Shown: piece after piece, positions 50,601 through 64,000 of the stretch
Numbering within the stretch: the stretch's first letter is position 1
Layout of the letters: the number at the start of each line of letters is the position of its first letter
Notes under the pieces: generated by a model
The model's input: only the letters and a program-made list of their open reading frames with translations
Database searches by the model: none
What the model was told of the DNA's origin: nothing
Translations under genes and position numbers: made by a program
Assembly (NCBI RefSeq): GCF_902652985.1
Contig: NC_047016.1
Location: 19,034,001 to 19,098,000 of the forward strand
DNA: 64,000 bases
Reading direction: 5' to 3'
Source of the DNA: Pecten maximus
Lineage: Eukaryota

Positions 50601-53600
50601 CTCTATACATCTCAGTTACTGGGTGATACTACTGTATGTAACCTCATGTAAGACTCTATACATCTCGGTTACTGGGTGATACTACTGTATGTAAACTCAT
50701 GTAAGACTCTATACATCTCAGTTACTGGGTGATACTACTGTATGTAACCTCATGTAAGACTCTATACATCTCGGTTACTGGGTGATACTACTGTATGTAA
50801 ACTCATGTAAGACTCTATACATCTCTGTTATTGGGTGATACTACTGTACGTAAACTCATGTAAGACTCTATACATCTCAGTTACTGGGTGATACTACTGT
50901 ATGTAACCTCATGTAAGACTATACATCTTGGTTATTGGGTGATACTACTGTACTTAACCTCATGTAAGACTCTATACATCTCGGTTACTGGGTGATACTA
51001 CTGTACTTAACCTCATGTAAGACTCTATACATCTCAGTTACTGGGTGATACTACTGTACTTAACCTCATGTAAGACTCTATACATCTCAGTTACTGGGTG
51101 ATACTACTGTTCTTAACCTCATGTAAGACCCTATACATCTCGGTTACTGGGTGATACTACTGTATGTAAACTCATGTAAGACTCTATACATCTCAGTTAC
51201 TGGGTGATACTACTAGTACTGTATGTAACCTCATGTAAGACCCTATAAATCTCAGTTACTGGGTGATACTACTGTATGTAACCTCATGTAAGACTCTATA
51301 CATCTCGGTTACTGGGTGATACTACTGTATGTAACCTCATGTAAGACTCTATACATCTCGGTTACTGGGTGATACTACTTTATGTAACATCATGTAAGAC
51401 CCTATACATCTCAGTTACTGGGTGATACTACTGTATGTAACCTCATGTAAGACCCTATACATCTCAGTTACTGGGTGATACTACTGTATGTAACCTCATG
51501 TAAGACTCTATACATCTCAGTTACTGGGTGATACTACTGTCTCTGCTCACTCTAGGTGTAAAAATCCTTTAGCAAAAGTTGCTAAAATATCTTTTTTCTC
51601 TTTAGCAAATAAGAAATGGTTTTAGCAAGACAATGTTATTGCTTAGAATTTAATAACCAAATATAGCACACACATATTTGTTTGATATATATATATTAAT
51701 ACAATGTGTTAAACTATTTTATTAGTAAAGGCAGGCATTAAAAGTGTTCATTATTTAAGAATTTATAAATTACAAAATACTGCCAAATATCATGTTTTAC
51801 CTCAGCGTAAATAAAAAATATTCAACCAACTAAAAAAGCATTGTATCACACCAAAACAGTTGTGTTTTAGCTGCTATTATTTTCATATTGAAAAAGAACA
51901 CACTTGAGATTACACTGAAATAATGTTATTTTCAACTTGATTTTCAAACCACAACTTATGTTTTAATCTTATCGCTCCCGGGACTTTTTTTTTTTTTTTT
52001 TTTTATTTTTGCGAAAATTGAATCGACTGTTCCTATTCCTTTAGATCATATTGGTGATAATTATAAGTAATTGGATTTGGAGAATATCTGCCTCATAACC
52101 TATTCACAGCATTTCCAAACAGATGCATTTCCAAATAGATGCTTGAATATCATACATAAATCACCCTGAACAAATAATTTTGCAGCCCTGTCACAACGTG
52201 GAGTTTACCGTGAATTGTACCTTATGTAATATGTTCGTGATACAAGACATTGAATGATACATACTTGTTAAATACTAAATAATATTGTACATACAATTAA
52301 TGAAAGTTGAAATAACATTGAACAGACAATTGTCATTTGGTTTTAGAGCAACGTAAGCTTGCGGCACAGGCAGAACATTCGTCTGCCATAGGGTCACAGC
52401 TGCCATGTTTTTGCCCAAGTTATCTAAACGCTTTACAAAGCATTTCCCATCAAACAAATGCTCAAATGATTCAGATTTATTTAAGTACTTCCGTTTCCGT
52501 AACATACATGACATGTGCTAATCATGTAGTTCGATCATAGGATAAGTTAGATGCAATGACATCGTAATTAGTGAAAACGTAAGTGGTTGAATTAAAGATT
52601 TAAGACAGGGGGATATTTATGCAGTCTATAGTATGTCTTAGGTTAAAAACAGTTTCGCAAAAGTTTCGAAAATGCTTAATTATAGTTTCGCAATTAGTGA
52701 TTACATTTCGCGAAATGCGCAAAATGCGATCGATAGCGTGAGCACAGACTGTACTTAACCTCATGTAAGACCCTATACATCTCGGTTACTGGGTGATACT
52801 ACTTTATGTAACATCATGTAAGACTCTATACATCTCGGTTACTGGGTGATACTACTGTATGCAAACTCATGTAAGACTCTATACATCTCAGTTACTGGGT
52901 GATACTACTAGTACTGTATGTAACCTCATGTAAGACCCTATACATCTCGGTTACTGGGTGATACTACTAGTACTGTATGTAACCTCATGTAAGACCCTAT
53001 AAATCTCAGTTACTGGGTGATACTACTGTATGTAACCTCATGTAAGACTCTATACATCTCGGTTACTGGGTGATACTACTGTATGTAACCTCATGTAAGA
53101 CTCTATACATCTCGGTTACTGGGTGATACTACTGTATGTAAACTCATGTAAGACTCTATACATCTCGGTTACTGGGTGATACTACTGTATGTAAACTCAT
53201 GTAAGACTCTATACATCTCGGTTACTGGGTGATACTACTTTATGTAACATCATGTAAGACTCTATACATCTCGGTTACTGGGTGATACTACTTTATGTAA
53301 CATCATGTAAGACCCTATACATCTCAGTTACTGGGTGATACTACTGTATGTAACCTCATGTAAGACCCTATACATCTCAGTTACTGGGTGATACTACTGT
53401 ATGTAACCTCATGTAAGACTCTATACATCTCAGTTACTGGGTGATACTACTGTACTTAACCTCATGTAAGACCCTATACATCTCGGTTACTGGGTGATAC
53501 TACTTTATGTAACATCATGTAAGACTCTATACATCTCGGTTACTGGGTGATACTACTGTATGTAAACTCATGTAAGACTCTATACATCTCAGTTACTGGG

Positions 53601-56600
53601 TGATACTACTAGTACTGTATGTAACCTCATGTAAGACCCTATACATCTCGGTTACTGGGTGATACTACTGTACTTAACCTCATGTAAGACCCTATAAATC
53701 TCAGTTACTGGGTGATACTACTAGTACTGTATGTAACCTCATGTAAGACCCTATAAATCTCAGTTACTGGGTGATACTACTGTATGTAAACTCATGTAAG
53801 ACTCTATACATCTCAGTTACTGGGTGATACTACTGTATGTAACCTCATGTAAGATCCTATACATCTCGGTTACTGGGTGATACTACTGTATGTAACCTCA
53901 TGTAAGACTCTATACATCTCGGTTACTGGGTGATACTACTGTATGTAACCTCATGTAAGACCCTATACATCTCGGTTACTGGGTGATACTACTGTATGTA
54001 GACTCATGTAAGACTTGATACATCTAGGTTACTGGGTAATACTATATATAGCTACTGTACTTAACCTCATGTAAGACTCTATACATCTCAGTTACTGGGT
54101 GATACTACTGCTGTGCCTAAACTCATGTAAGACTCTATAAATCTCAGTTACTGGGTGATGATTCTGTAATCCCAGCATACCCCCCCACCCCCTTCATCTG
54201 AGGCTGATAGATCAGTCAATGATCCCTCACTAATCATCAACTTGTTAATTGTTGTTATAATTACAAGCCACACCTAGCTTTTAACCAAGACTGTTACAAT
54301 AACTTATTTCTATAAGACTGTTACAATAACCTATTTCTATAAGACAGTTACAATAACTTATTTCTATAAGACTGTTACAATAACTTATTTCTATAAGACT
54401 GTTACAATAACTTATTTCTATAAGACAGTTACAATAACTTATTTCTATAAGACAGTTACAATAACTTATTTCTATAAGACTGTTACAATAACTTATTTCT
54501 ATAAGACAGTTACAATAACTTATTTCTATAAGACTGTTACAATAACTTATTTCTATAAGACTTACAATAACTTATTTCTATAAGACAGTTAAAATAACTT
54601 ATTTCTATAAGACTTACAATAACTTATTTCTATAAGACAGTTACAATAACTTATTTCTATAAGACAGTTACAATAACTTATTTCTATAAGACTTACAATA
54701 ACTTATTTCTATAAGACAGTTACAATAACTTATTTCTATAAGACTGTTACAATAACTTATTTCTATAAGACAGTTACAATAACTTATTTCTATAAGACTG
54801 TTACAATAACTTATTTCTATAAGACAGTTACAATAACTTATTTCTATAAGACTGTTACAATAACTTATTTCTATAAGACTAAGTGATGAAAGAATCTTCC
54901 CGAAAGGCTTGCTATACCCCATCTTGAGTAAGATATTCTTACCAGACTGAGAGAACACACATTAACTTTACCTTCATGTTCTCCATTCGCCTTGCCAATC
55001 TCCATGAAAACTTCATAGATTTTCTCTGGATTCTCTCTGATTTGGAAATGATAAAAACATGTTATTAAGTTAGAAAGTTATAATAATACAAATGAAATAT
55101 ACCAACAATGATTAATTATATGATATACCAACAAAACATATATTAGGTAGTTACTGGAACACAAGCAGTGTTATATTTATTTCTACCTGAAATTTACTAA
55201 CGCCTTCTTATATTGGAAAAATACACTTTTCATTCTTGAAATTCCAAAGATATTCATGATTTTTTTCTTCATTTTCTGAAAATAGCACACTTTCAAGCTA
55301 GAGCAAACCGTATGTTTTCAACTGTTTTCCAATACAATCAGATCATGACTAAACAATGGACTGGTGACAGAGACAGTTGATGTTCAACATCACTAGTCAT
55401 GACTTCAGTTAAAGTCTATTCTATCAGAGTATACATTACTCATAAGGAAGTACAGCAAGTATGAATAATGTCTTGAGTACTTTATCACAACAACCAATTA
55501 TATAATGAATGCATTAGATTCACTGACTTTTAGATTGAGACTACTCTGTTAGAATAACTAATTGTGCAAAAAGATTATATTTTTGGAGTCAGTAATTACA
55601 GTGAGGTTAAAGTATTAAAGACCATTTTGTTATAGGTCGCCTTATAATTACAAGTCTCAACTTTTGGGAATGTCCCTTCAGTCAGTGGCAAGTCTGCATG
55701 GTCAGAGTGTGAGAGTTTGCTAGTTTGAGGCCCAGCATGGGCAGGGTATTTTTCATTACTCCTTTCTTTTACTGATTTCATGCTTTGACTTCTCCATCTT
55801 TAAACTATTGGAGATTGGGCGAAGACTTTGTGAAGGAGGAAGTAGTGTAAAAGTGAAGGTTATAGGTCACCTTAATTACTACACTGTAGCTCAGGCTTGT
55901 GGGAAATTCTCTTTAGCCTCGTAGGATGTTCACTCAAGGTATTTTTCATTAATACTTCCTATTTTGTAATTACTTATAAATCTCTGATGCAATAAAGGGA
56001 AATAATAATCTTTCAGAGAAATAACTGAAAATTACAGCAATTAAGATCCAATCTGTCTGAGTATACACACATGTAACTAATAAGGAATTATACAGCGAGT
56101 GATCACTCACCACTAAAAGATAATCACAATAAGACTCAACAGTGATATTCAGCTAGACTCTTCATAAATGAATAACTATCAGTAAATCTTTTCTATTGAG
56201 TAACTACTGAAACTAAAATCACAGCCCATCTTTTTCTCTGGAATAATTACAGTGAGGTTGTTTTGTCCTCGAGGCTCGATATATATAAATTCAAATGATT
56301 GTTACATCGAGCCTGTTTCATTGTATGTACATGTAGGCACATTTGATTAGATGCTGATTAAATGGATACTAATTCAACATATATACCGGGTGGAAAGTAA
56401 AATGCTGAAACAATCAAGAGACATTTATATAATAGGCCTTACTATATATAGCTAGATTTCTAGGTATTTTAAAATATAATGAATCTATCGCTTGTTTATA
56501 ATCGCCTAAATGTATGGTCGTCAGCAGGTGCTAGATGAACTCACATACCACCTGGCTAATGCTTCTGTCTACCGACAATCTGATATCTGTCATTAGCATT

Positions 56601-56754
56601 ACTATGTAACAATGGCATGTTCTGCAAGACTGCGGATAGCGCCTCCAGATATGACATTTACCAGAAAAAGGGGTGTTGACAAGTAGGGGAAAATCAGTTT
56701 CTTGGGAATACTTTCGAGTGAAATCGACAATAGATACCTGATTCTAGAACCCAT
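19426..56754 (-). CDS. DENND1A: DENN domain-containing protein 1 (connecdenn, Rab35 GEF family), 21 exons, about 1000 aa
   Basis: Exons 5'->3': 56754-56738, 55036-54972, 50196-50153, 49279-49230, 45152-45045, 44921-44762, 44599-44546, 43972-43911, 43484-43335, 43068-43023, 42810-42709, 41582-41474, 41319-41186, 40641-40510, 40053-39994, 39283-39251, 35439-35377, 30782-30669, 25950-25880, 25661-25484, 20676-19426. Sum is 3003 nt and all phases match. Starts MGSRIRENPEKIYEVF and contains DENN motifs (FTFVLT, YFPWFEIFY, MLNERRI, LYPMFWQHLFIPILP, APMPYVIGIH, QIFQQFINERL). Ends RWETFE like DENND1A; it is probably the single invertebrate co-orthologue of DENND1A/B/C. Confidence 0.94.
20880..21932 (-). 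mobile_element. Nested Helentron/HINE-like fragments
   Basis: Terminal motifs (caggtgacct near 21855; actagagat near 20880) and internal sequence resembling the repeats at 58500-60440. Confidence 0.5.
22330..25200. repeat. Compound purine-rich minisatellite in the last DENND1 intron
   Basis: Related sub-arrays built on gcaagggagg / gagaaagg motifs, with units of about 58, 33, 30 and 95 bp. Source of many spurious low-complexity ORFs. Confidence 0.9.
25484..25661 (-). CDS. DENND1A: DENND1 exon 20
   Basis: ISRYKMIMVEEKVYDDSDVELAYNRVSVNLLSDPDIQQAMNRAASAENIVRMSGKTHPL|gtaagg; phase 2-0. Confidence 0.8.
25880..25950 (-). CDS. DENND1A: DENND1 exon 19
   Basis: PPRPSALSSPTGDKLIVPSSSQD(R); phase 0-2. 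Confidence 0.8.
27910..30630. repeat. 36-bp minisatellite (about 75 units)
   Basis: Unit gacccagtctgatatcccctgtatattgatgagata. Confidence 0.97.
30669..30782 (-). CDS. DENND1A: DENND1 exon 18
   Basis: EDEPANMKTKSVKSPSTPKMTSRNRPSTVIGQPLKTMR; ttccag| ... |gtaagt. Confidence 0.82.
32097..33677. mobile_element. Tc1/mariner-pogo-type MITE shell containing an expanded satellite
   Basis: TIRs agtcaaacctgtgctaaagacca (32097) and tggtccttaggacaggtttgact (to 33676); an extra right-end copy lies at about 33722-33746. Confidence 0.65.
32146..33655. repeat. 33-bp minisatellite (about 45 units)
   Basis: Unit tcacctctacaatattatcacctgtatgacgga. Confidence 0.97.
34522..34554 (-). CDS. Candidate DENND1 cassette micro-exon (33 nt)
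   Basis: gtccag|GAACCG...CTGGAG|gtgaat, open and phase 0-0 (EPLPPYRTLLE). No homology support. Confidence 0.4.
35377..35439 (-). CDS. DENND1A: DENND1 exon 17
   Basis: VKSQGKRAYTGIKNKMADLKK; gtag| ... |gtaggt. Confidence 0.85.
35965..36447. repeat. 22-bp minisatellite (about 21 units)
   Basis: Unit tcatacagaacatttactacca; resumes in degenerate form at 37332-37435. Confidence 0.9.
36453..37329. mobile_element. Non-autonomous TA-target DNA transposon (877 bp)
   Basis: TA|CTGTAAAAGCATAAAATTT ... AAATTCAATGCTTTTACAG|TA; 17/19 TIR match and TA duplication. Confidence 0.8.
39251..39283 (-). CDS. DENND1A: DENND1 exon 16 (33-nt micro-exon, possibly cassette)
   Basis: ccacag|AAPVMSNAVHS|gtaagt, phase 0-0. 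Confidence 0.7.
39994..40053 (-). CDS. DENND1A: DENND1 exon 15
   Basis: KQGNKFQKGGKDIWAGIKEK; tacag| ... |gtaaaa, phase 0-0. Confidence 0.85.
40510..40641 (-). CDS. DENND1A: DENND1 exon 14
   Basis: FINERLDMLNCGQGFSDIFEAEALQNADKLNTQSRYKEWLSNMK. Confidence 0.94.
41186..41319 (-). CDS. DENND1A: DENND1 exon 13
   Basis: GYRDALRFKSGEPITFDPEAFVLSRPQSMQPFLENMLQLQIFQQ (dDENN). Confidence 0.94.
41474..41582 (-). CDS. DENND1A: DENND1 exon 12
   Basis: SSYLKRHLKTDKVRMSMQTSGDAIPRTFLMALVRLI. Confidence 0.92.
41650..42754 (-). repeat. 76-bp tandem array made of the DENND1 exon 11 end plus its 5' splice site
   Basis: The minus-strand donor GTGAGT (plus-strand actcac) recurs every 76 bp from 42703 down to 41791 (13 sites), then 1-2 decayed units follow. 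Confidence 0.97.
42709..42810 (-). CDS. DENND1A: DENND1 exon 11
   Basis: KMKMSEMGDAIIVDVDNNTIQSEYDDLEDLPADI|gtgagt. Confidence 0.93.
43023..43068 (-). CDS. DENND1A: DENND1 exon 10
   Basis: APMPYVIGIHSTLMQ. Confidence 0.94.
43335..43484 (-). CDS. DENND1A: DENND1 exon 9
   Basis: MLNERRIVVTSRRLSRLTACIHASVSLLYPMFWQHLFIPILPAHLIDYL (cDENN core). Confidence 0.95.
43500..43888. repeat. 49-bp minisatellite (about 8 units) filling DENND1 intron 8
   Basis: Unit ctatacctggtaattacacaataacgcaggtgaacaagagtggctatca. Confidence 0.93.
43911..43972 (-). CDS. DENND1A: DENND1 exon 8
   Basis: RNLTEYYNALDTANMMIVFA. Confidence 0.93.
44546..44599 (-). CDS. DENND1A: DENND1 exon 7
   Basis: MMNFTAPEINKLPSIPSN. Confidence 0.92.
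44762..44921 (-). CDS. DENND1A: DENND1 exon 6
   Basis: YFPWFEIFYNLLNQLAEMLNHNYERDMTSFLRAAYVQDVPAPGVPVTIAANQE. Confidence 0.93.
45045..45152 (-). CDS. DENND1A: DENND1 exon 5
   Basis: TTVDHFTFVLTEINSTLKFVFCRHATGAQTCLCIV (uDENN). Confidence 0.93.
45144..45675 (-). repeat. ~63-bp tandem array made of the branch point, 3' splice site and start of DENND1 exon 5
   Basis: Minus-strand unit ...catGCTAACttttattatcgccccctataCAG|GACGACAGttttt. Acceptor copies near 45152 (true), 45216, 45286, 45349, 45413, 45479, 45542 and 45605. Confidence 0.93.
46485..47812. repeat. 67/81-bp minisatellite with a variable internal 14-bp sub-repeat
   Basis: gagatggggagtcagatgatgtaatgacaggcttactattactttggtctata(gccgagtgtctggg)n. 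Confidence 0.93.
49230..49279 (-). CDS. DENND1A: DENND1 exon 4
   Basis: EVLKSVPKFAFPCDTE; two in-frame donors, so the exon ends at 49230 or 49224. Confidence 0.88.
50153..50196 (-). CDS. DENND1A: DENND1 exon 3
   Basis: PFLIQRYPADYGDE; tacag| ... |gtaagt. Confidence 0.9.
50499..54160. repeat. 53-bp minisatellite interrupted by a DNA transposon
   Basis: Unit atacatctcagttactgggtgatactactgtatgtaacctcatgtaagactct; arrays at 50499-51540 and 52748-54160. Confidence 0.96.
51541..52747. mobile_element. Non-autonomous TIR DNA transposon (1207 bp) with ACTGT target duplication
   Basis: ACTGT|CTCTGCTCACTCTA ... TAGCGTGAGCACAG|ACTGT. Removing the element and one ACTGT restores an intact satellite unit. 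Subterminal TAGCAA/TCGCAA repeats are present. Confidence 0.88.
54287..54880. repeat. 27-bp minisatellite (about 22 units)
   Basis: Unit aagactgttacaataacttatttctat, with occasional 24-bp variants. Confidence 0.96.
54972..55036 (-). CDS. DENND1A: DENND1 exon 2
   Basis: ENPEKIYEVFMEIGKANGEHE; cag| ... |gtaaag. Confidence 0.9.
56738..56754 (-). CDS. DENND1A: DENND1 exon 1
   Basis: ATGGGTTCTAGAATCAG|gtatct; MGSRI(R). Confidence 0.88.
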
Positions 56755-56799
56755 ATTTCAACACAAAGGTTCTAATACATATTCTTGAATTCCTGCCTC

Positions 56800-56990
56800 G
56801 TCCAATTAACGTCATGTTCCGCCATAACTACTCTATTTCTTCTTGACATTATTTCTATTTGACAGGAAGTAACGTTGTGTCAGCCATTTTGTCACTCGTT
56901 CCTTCTCGTGACTGTTGTTCATTGTATAGATATTAGGAGAGGTGTTCCGAAAGAATGTCCTCTGTTCTAGGGATGAGTAAGTTGGGCCTA
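56800..56990. promoter_or_regulatory. Probable bidirectional promoter (DENND1 / C1orf53-like)
   Basis: Lies directly upstream of the DENND1 ATG. ETS CAGGAAGT (56863), YY1-like GCCATTTT (56883), and a plus-strand donor GTAAGT at 56977 that could join the acceptor at 60554. Confidence 0.45.
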
Positions 56991-58501
56991 CCACTAGCCA
57001 ATCTAAAGGTGAGACGACTGTCGTGAACAGGTGTGTGTAGAACATGTTAATAAATGATACCTAACAAAGTTAAACATCCTTGTTTGATAGGCTTGTAAGA
57101 TGAACATTTACAAAATAGAAATAAGCAATTGAGGAGCTATATTTTGTGTTCTAACTGGTACAGTAAAGATTTAAGCTCTTAAAATTAAATTAAAGTTAAA
57201 ATAATGAAATTGACTCTAAGTTCACACTTCTCCCAAATTTTTACGATATATGCTACATATATAGACTCTATATACATGTATATTTATACACTTCTTGTGT
57301 CATTTTCTATAACAATTGTCATTGAGTTAGTCAATGATAATTTTTTATTTCATTAAGGTCTACAGTATGTTTTAACTAAATTATTAAAGTGACATGTTAT
57401 AACTCTATAAAAGTTATCATCTTGCATGTAAAACAATAAGACATACATATAATTGTAAATTGATTTTAATAGGGGCAATTTTATATGATGAATTATGCTA
57501 TAGTTAGTCCCCCACTTGTCTCAATAGATGTCACCTACCCTATTGGTGAAACCGGTGGACCATTTAAAAAAAGGTTTCCTTTCCGTTCATCTTGTACGTA
57601 TATGGACGCAATGCTAAAGATTGCCAGCACTGACTCTATAGCGGCCACAATGATAAAAGGCCACAATATATCTCAGAAAAGTTTCAAGGTTTTTGGGTCA
57701 AAGAAAAGGTCATGGTCACAATTTTAATGAAGCATTTCAATATTTTCTTACCAATACATTTTTTCACAAAATCCTTTTTAGATAATCTTGTTGCATTCTT
57801 CTAAACACATAAATACAATATGAAAATGTCTGGGGTAAGGAAATTTCAGGGTGGGGCAGGGTGCTTCACTTTACAATGGCCATGGTTAAGTGAATTAACC
57901 ATTTCATTATTTTCTTTCTAATTCACTTTTTTTCGCCAAATCTTTTTTTAAATTACACTGTTTAATTTCTCTAAACACAATAATACAAGTGTTATTGTGT
58001 TGAGAGAAATTAAACAATATAATTTTAAAAAGATTTGATGAAAAAAATGCATTAGTTAGAAAATAGTGAAAGGCTTCACTTTACCATTGCTAAGAGGTCC
58101 AGAATGGACTGTATGCTTGGTCATCTGTTGTTCATTTTGAACTTACTGGGACAAAAGTAATTGGCGTAAACTGCAGATTGACAGAATGGTCAAATTCAAT
58201 GGATTAGGCTCAAAATGGAATCCATTGCTCTGTACATTATGAGTCTTTGATGGATGATTTAAACCAAACTAGAAAATGGCTGCAAGCCATAAATGCTCCC
58301 CCCCACCCCTGCCACTTGACACCCTGAAACCTCAGCAGTTCCTGAGATTAGCTAGTTACATTGTATCATAACGGGACAGGACGGGGTGGGACACAATGCA
58401 ACAGGATGGGATGGAATGGACATGGGTAACACTATATCCCCCTATTTCATGGCGGGGACATAATTAAAAATCACTGTGACCTACAAAATTGGTCCACATC
58501 A

Positions 58502-60440
58502 TTTTATTAACTCACCTGGTCCAAAGGACTATATAAGCTTGTACCATACCTTAATTGGTGTCTGTCATCCGTCGTCTGCTAGCTGTCGTCCATCCACCAT
58601 CAATACATTAACAAATTGTTAACAAATACGACTTCTTCTTAACCACCAATTGGAATGTGACTTAATTTGACTGAAAATTTTCCAGTGTGAGGATTCAAAA
58701 TTGTACAAATGGTGGGACTAAAGGGATAAAGGGGTAATTTGGCTATAATGTTGCTTTGAACAACTTCCTCTCAAGAACTTCGCACTGAGATATCATTCAA
58801 AGATTTAATGGACTGACCTCCAAGGGGGCTGAGGGGTGGGGCAAAAAACGGTTATTTGACTACATTGGTTTAAGGGACTTCTTCTCTTGAACTATCATAA
58901 AGTCATGGATATCACTCATATTTGGGTGATAGCATCACTAGGTGGTGAGGATTTAAAATCGTACAAATGAGTTGAGTAACTCCCCAAGGGCTCTGAGGGG
59001 TAGGGCCCAATATGGAAAAATAGCTAATTATTTGAAGTCCTTCTATTGTAGAGGCTTTGGTCCATATTTATTCTAAAGTATCTTTCCGTGATTAGAGAAA
59101 CCAATTTTGTATAAAAGGTGGGTCTGGCCCCTCTACCTCAGAGGCCTAAGGAACATGGCCCAAAAGGGGAAAATGTAACTTGAAGCCCTTCTACTGTAGG
59201 AATGACAGGATTTGGTTCATATATGGTATGAAGCAATGAACTGATTTTGTATAAAGCAGGTGGGGAGAGAAAATATCTTGGTTTAGCAAATTCAATGAAA
59301 GGGTTTGCTCCAAATTTTCTGCTGAAATAAAATATGTACAGTCACTACTTGAATGAAGGATAAGCACAATTTATTTTGAATAAACAGCCTAGAACTGCCC
59401 CCACCCCTTCTTCGACAGGGCCAAAAATTAGAAATATTACCTGTCAAAATTTGAGGGGAGTACCCATGTATTATGGTGTTACGCTGTCTGTCCATCCGGC
59501 TTAAACTTTAGGTTGTCCGGAGATCTCTTTGAATCTTGTTATACATTGTAATCTTGATATGGAGTTGCCTTTTCATGCAAAGAATTCTGATTTTACTATT
59601 TATGCAAAAGTTTATAAGCACTTGAATCTTGTTCAGAGATCTACTATATTTTTCAATCAATTTCTTTGAGACTTGGTAGGCTTTATAATTATGATACCAA
59701 GTTGTGTCTCATGAGTTGAAGACTTTTAATTACTTGCTTTCCTCAAACTGTTAGAAAATCAAACATTGTCTTTGATTTATGGTAGCAAGATTTAAAGCAT
59801 GCCAGCTAACCACTCTTAAAGTGATTCAAATCTCATTTTATGCAAGTTAATAAATAAAACTAAATGGCATTCAACAATAACACAATATGACATTTAACGG
59901 GCATATATTGCTTTGTCCTGCGGTACTCTTGTTGTTTGACTGAATGATAGGATTTGCTTCAAAGTTAAGCTGAATCATTCTAATGTCCCAGAGGCCTGAG
60001 AGATGGGGCCCAATAGGGAAGATATAGCAAATTCTTTAAAATCCTTCTTTTGTAAGAATGAAAGAATTTTGCCCAAATTCTGTAAAAAGCATCCATGGGT
60101 TGAGGGAAATCAATTTTGCATAAATGGTGAGTCTGGCCTCCCTTTTGGTTGATGGATGGGGCCCATTAGAGGGCATACAATGTATATGAAATTCTTCAAT
60201 ATATCCTCCTTCTGCTTTAGGGATAACAGAATTGTGTGTAAAATGTTTTTTAAGGGAAATTGAATCAATTTTGGATAAAAGATGGAATTGACCCCTCTGT
60301 GTCCTGAGAGGTAGGACCCACTGGGAGAAATACATCCTGTATACTTTTTTTATTTGTAGGAATGACTTGAAATGGTAGGTAACATATCCTTTGATGAAGG
60401 GAAACTAACTTTAGCCTGAGGAGGTGGGGCCCAATTAGGT
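58502..60440 (+). mobile_element. Nested Helentron/HINE-like elements with degenerate internal repeats
   Basis: ttttattaactcacctggtccaaaggac... followed by a (ccgt/ctgt)n-like stretch and repeated ggggccc/gagggg units; a nested 3' end ...gtactcttgtt lies at about 59933. Confidence 0.55.
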
Positions 60441-60658
60441 TTCTTGGTGATTCAGAATGTCTGTACATTTATACTAGGCAAGAGAACAGTTCTATGAATA
60501 GAAAACTAGTTATTACTGATATTTTCTGACAGACCTGTTTTGTTTTTGTTGTAGTATTAGAGCCTGCATTGGAGCTTCTGTCAAAGTAGACTACATAGGG
60601 AGAGTGTCCTGAACAAATATCTGACAAGGAGTTCCTTCTGCAGGAATGTGTCCTCAGC

Positions 60659-63592
<2,934 letters not shown>

Positions 63593-64000
63593 CGAGATGT
63601 GCGAGTGATATTGCTTCTTTCCTTGGTAAATGTGGGGTACTCGCTACATCCATGGTAGTGATACCTGTATTGGACGTATATTCCTGTGGGATGCTTTGTT
63701 GTAACACGACATTTGTTGACATGTCTTCTGTGTGGACAATGTAGATACTGTATTAGAAAGACGCTTTCTGATGAAGACAATGGGCAGCTCATTGGATGTT
63801 TATCAACTTATACATATCAGACTTTACTACTCTGGTAACGTCTTTCTCTGCTTTCTATTCCTATCGTCGAATTCGAGTTGTAGTGTTTGAATGTGTGTTG
63901 ATGATTTCACTTCTGGTATGAATATTAATGCATTTTCGTTGCTCACTTATAACCATTAACAAAAAAAGAAAGACACGACCTTGTTGAAAGAGTTTATATA

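Overview
AT-rich, intron-rich metazoan genomic DNA. The repeat repertoire suggests a lophotrochozoan, probably a bivalve mollusc (inference). I reconstructed four spliced protein-coding genes by hand, all with GT-AG introns and consistent phases: LSM2 (+, 4 exons, 2210-8624, 96 aa); a centromeric histone H3/CENP-A (+, 4 exons, 12925-15115, 138 aa); DENND1/connecdenn (-, 21 exons, 56754-19426, about 1000 aa ending WETFE); and a C1orf53/DUF5522-like gene (+, 3 coding exons, 60659-63592, 216 aa). Most long ORFs in the supplied track are translations of minisatellites. Introns are packed with minisatellites, Helentron/HINE-like elements, MITEs, a tRNA SINE and a Tc1 relic. Two observations stand out. 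(1) Three independent tandem arrays have a repeat unit that is a functional splice junction: 9 extra donors after LSM2 exon 3, 12 extra donors after DENND1 exon 11, and 7 extra branch-point+acceptor modules before DENND1 exon 5. Reading through to a decoy site meets an in-frame stop in every copy I translated. (2) A complete 368-bp TRIM has tRNA-like Pol III promoters in its LTRs (Helenus/TRIMp3-like) and is nested in a tRNA-derived SINE; a second, decayed candidate lies nearby.
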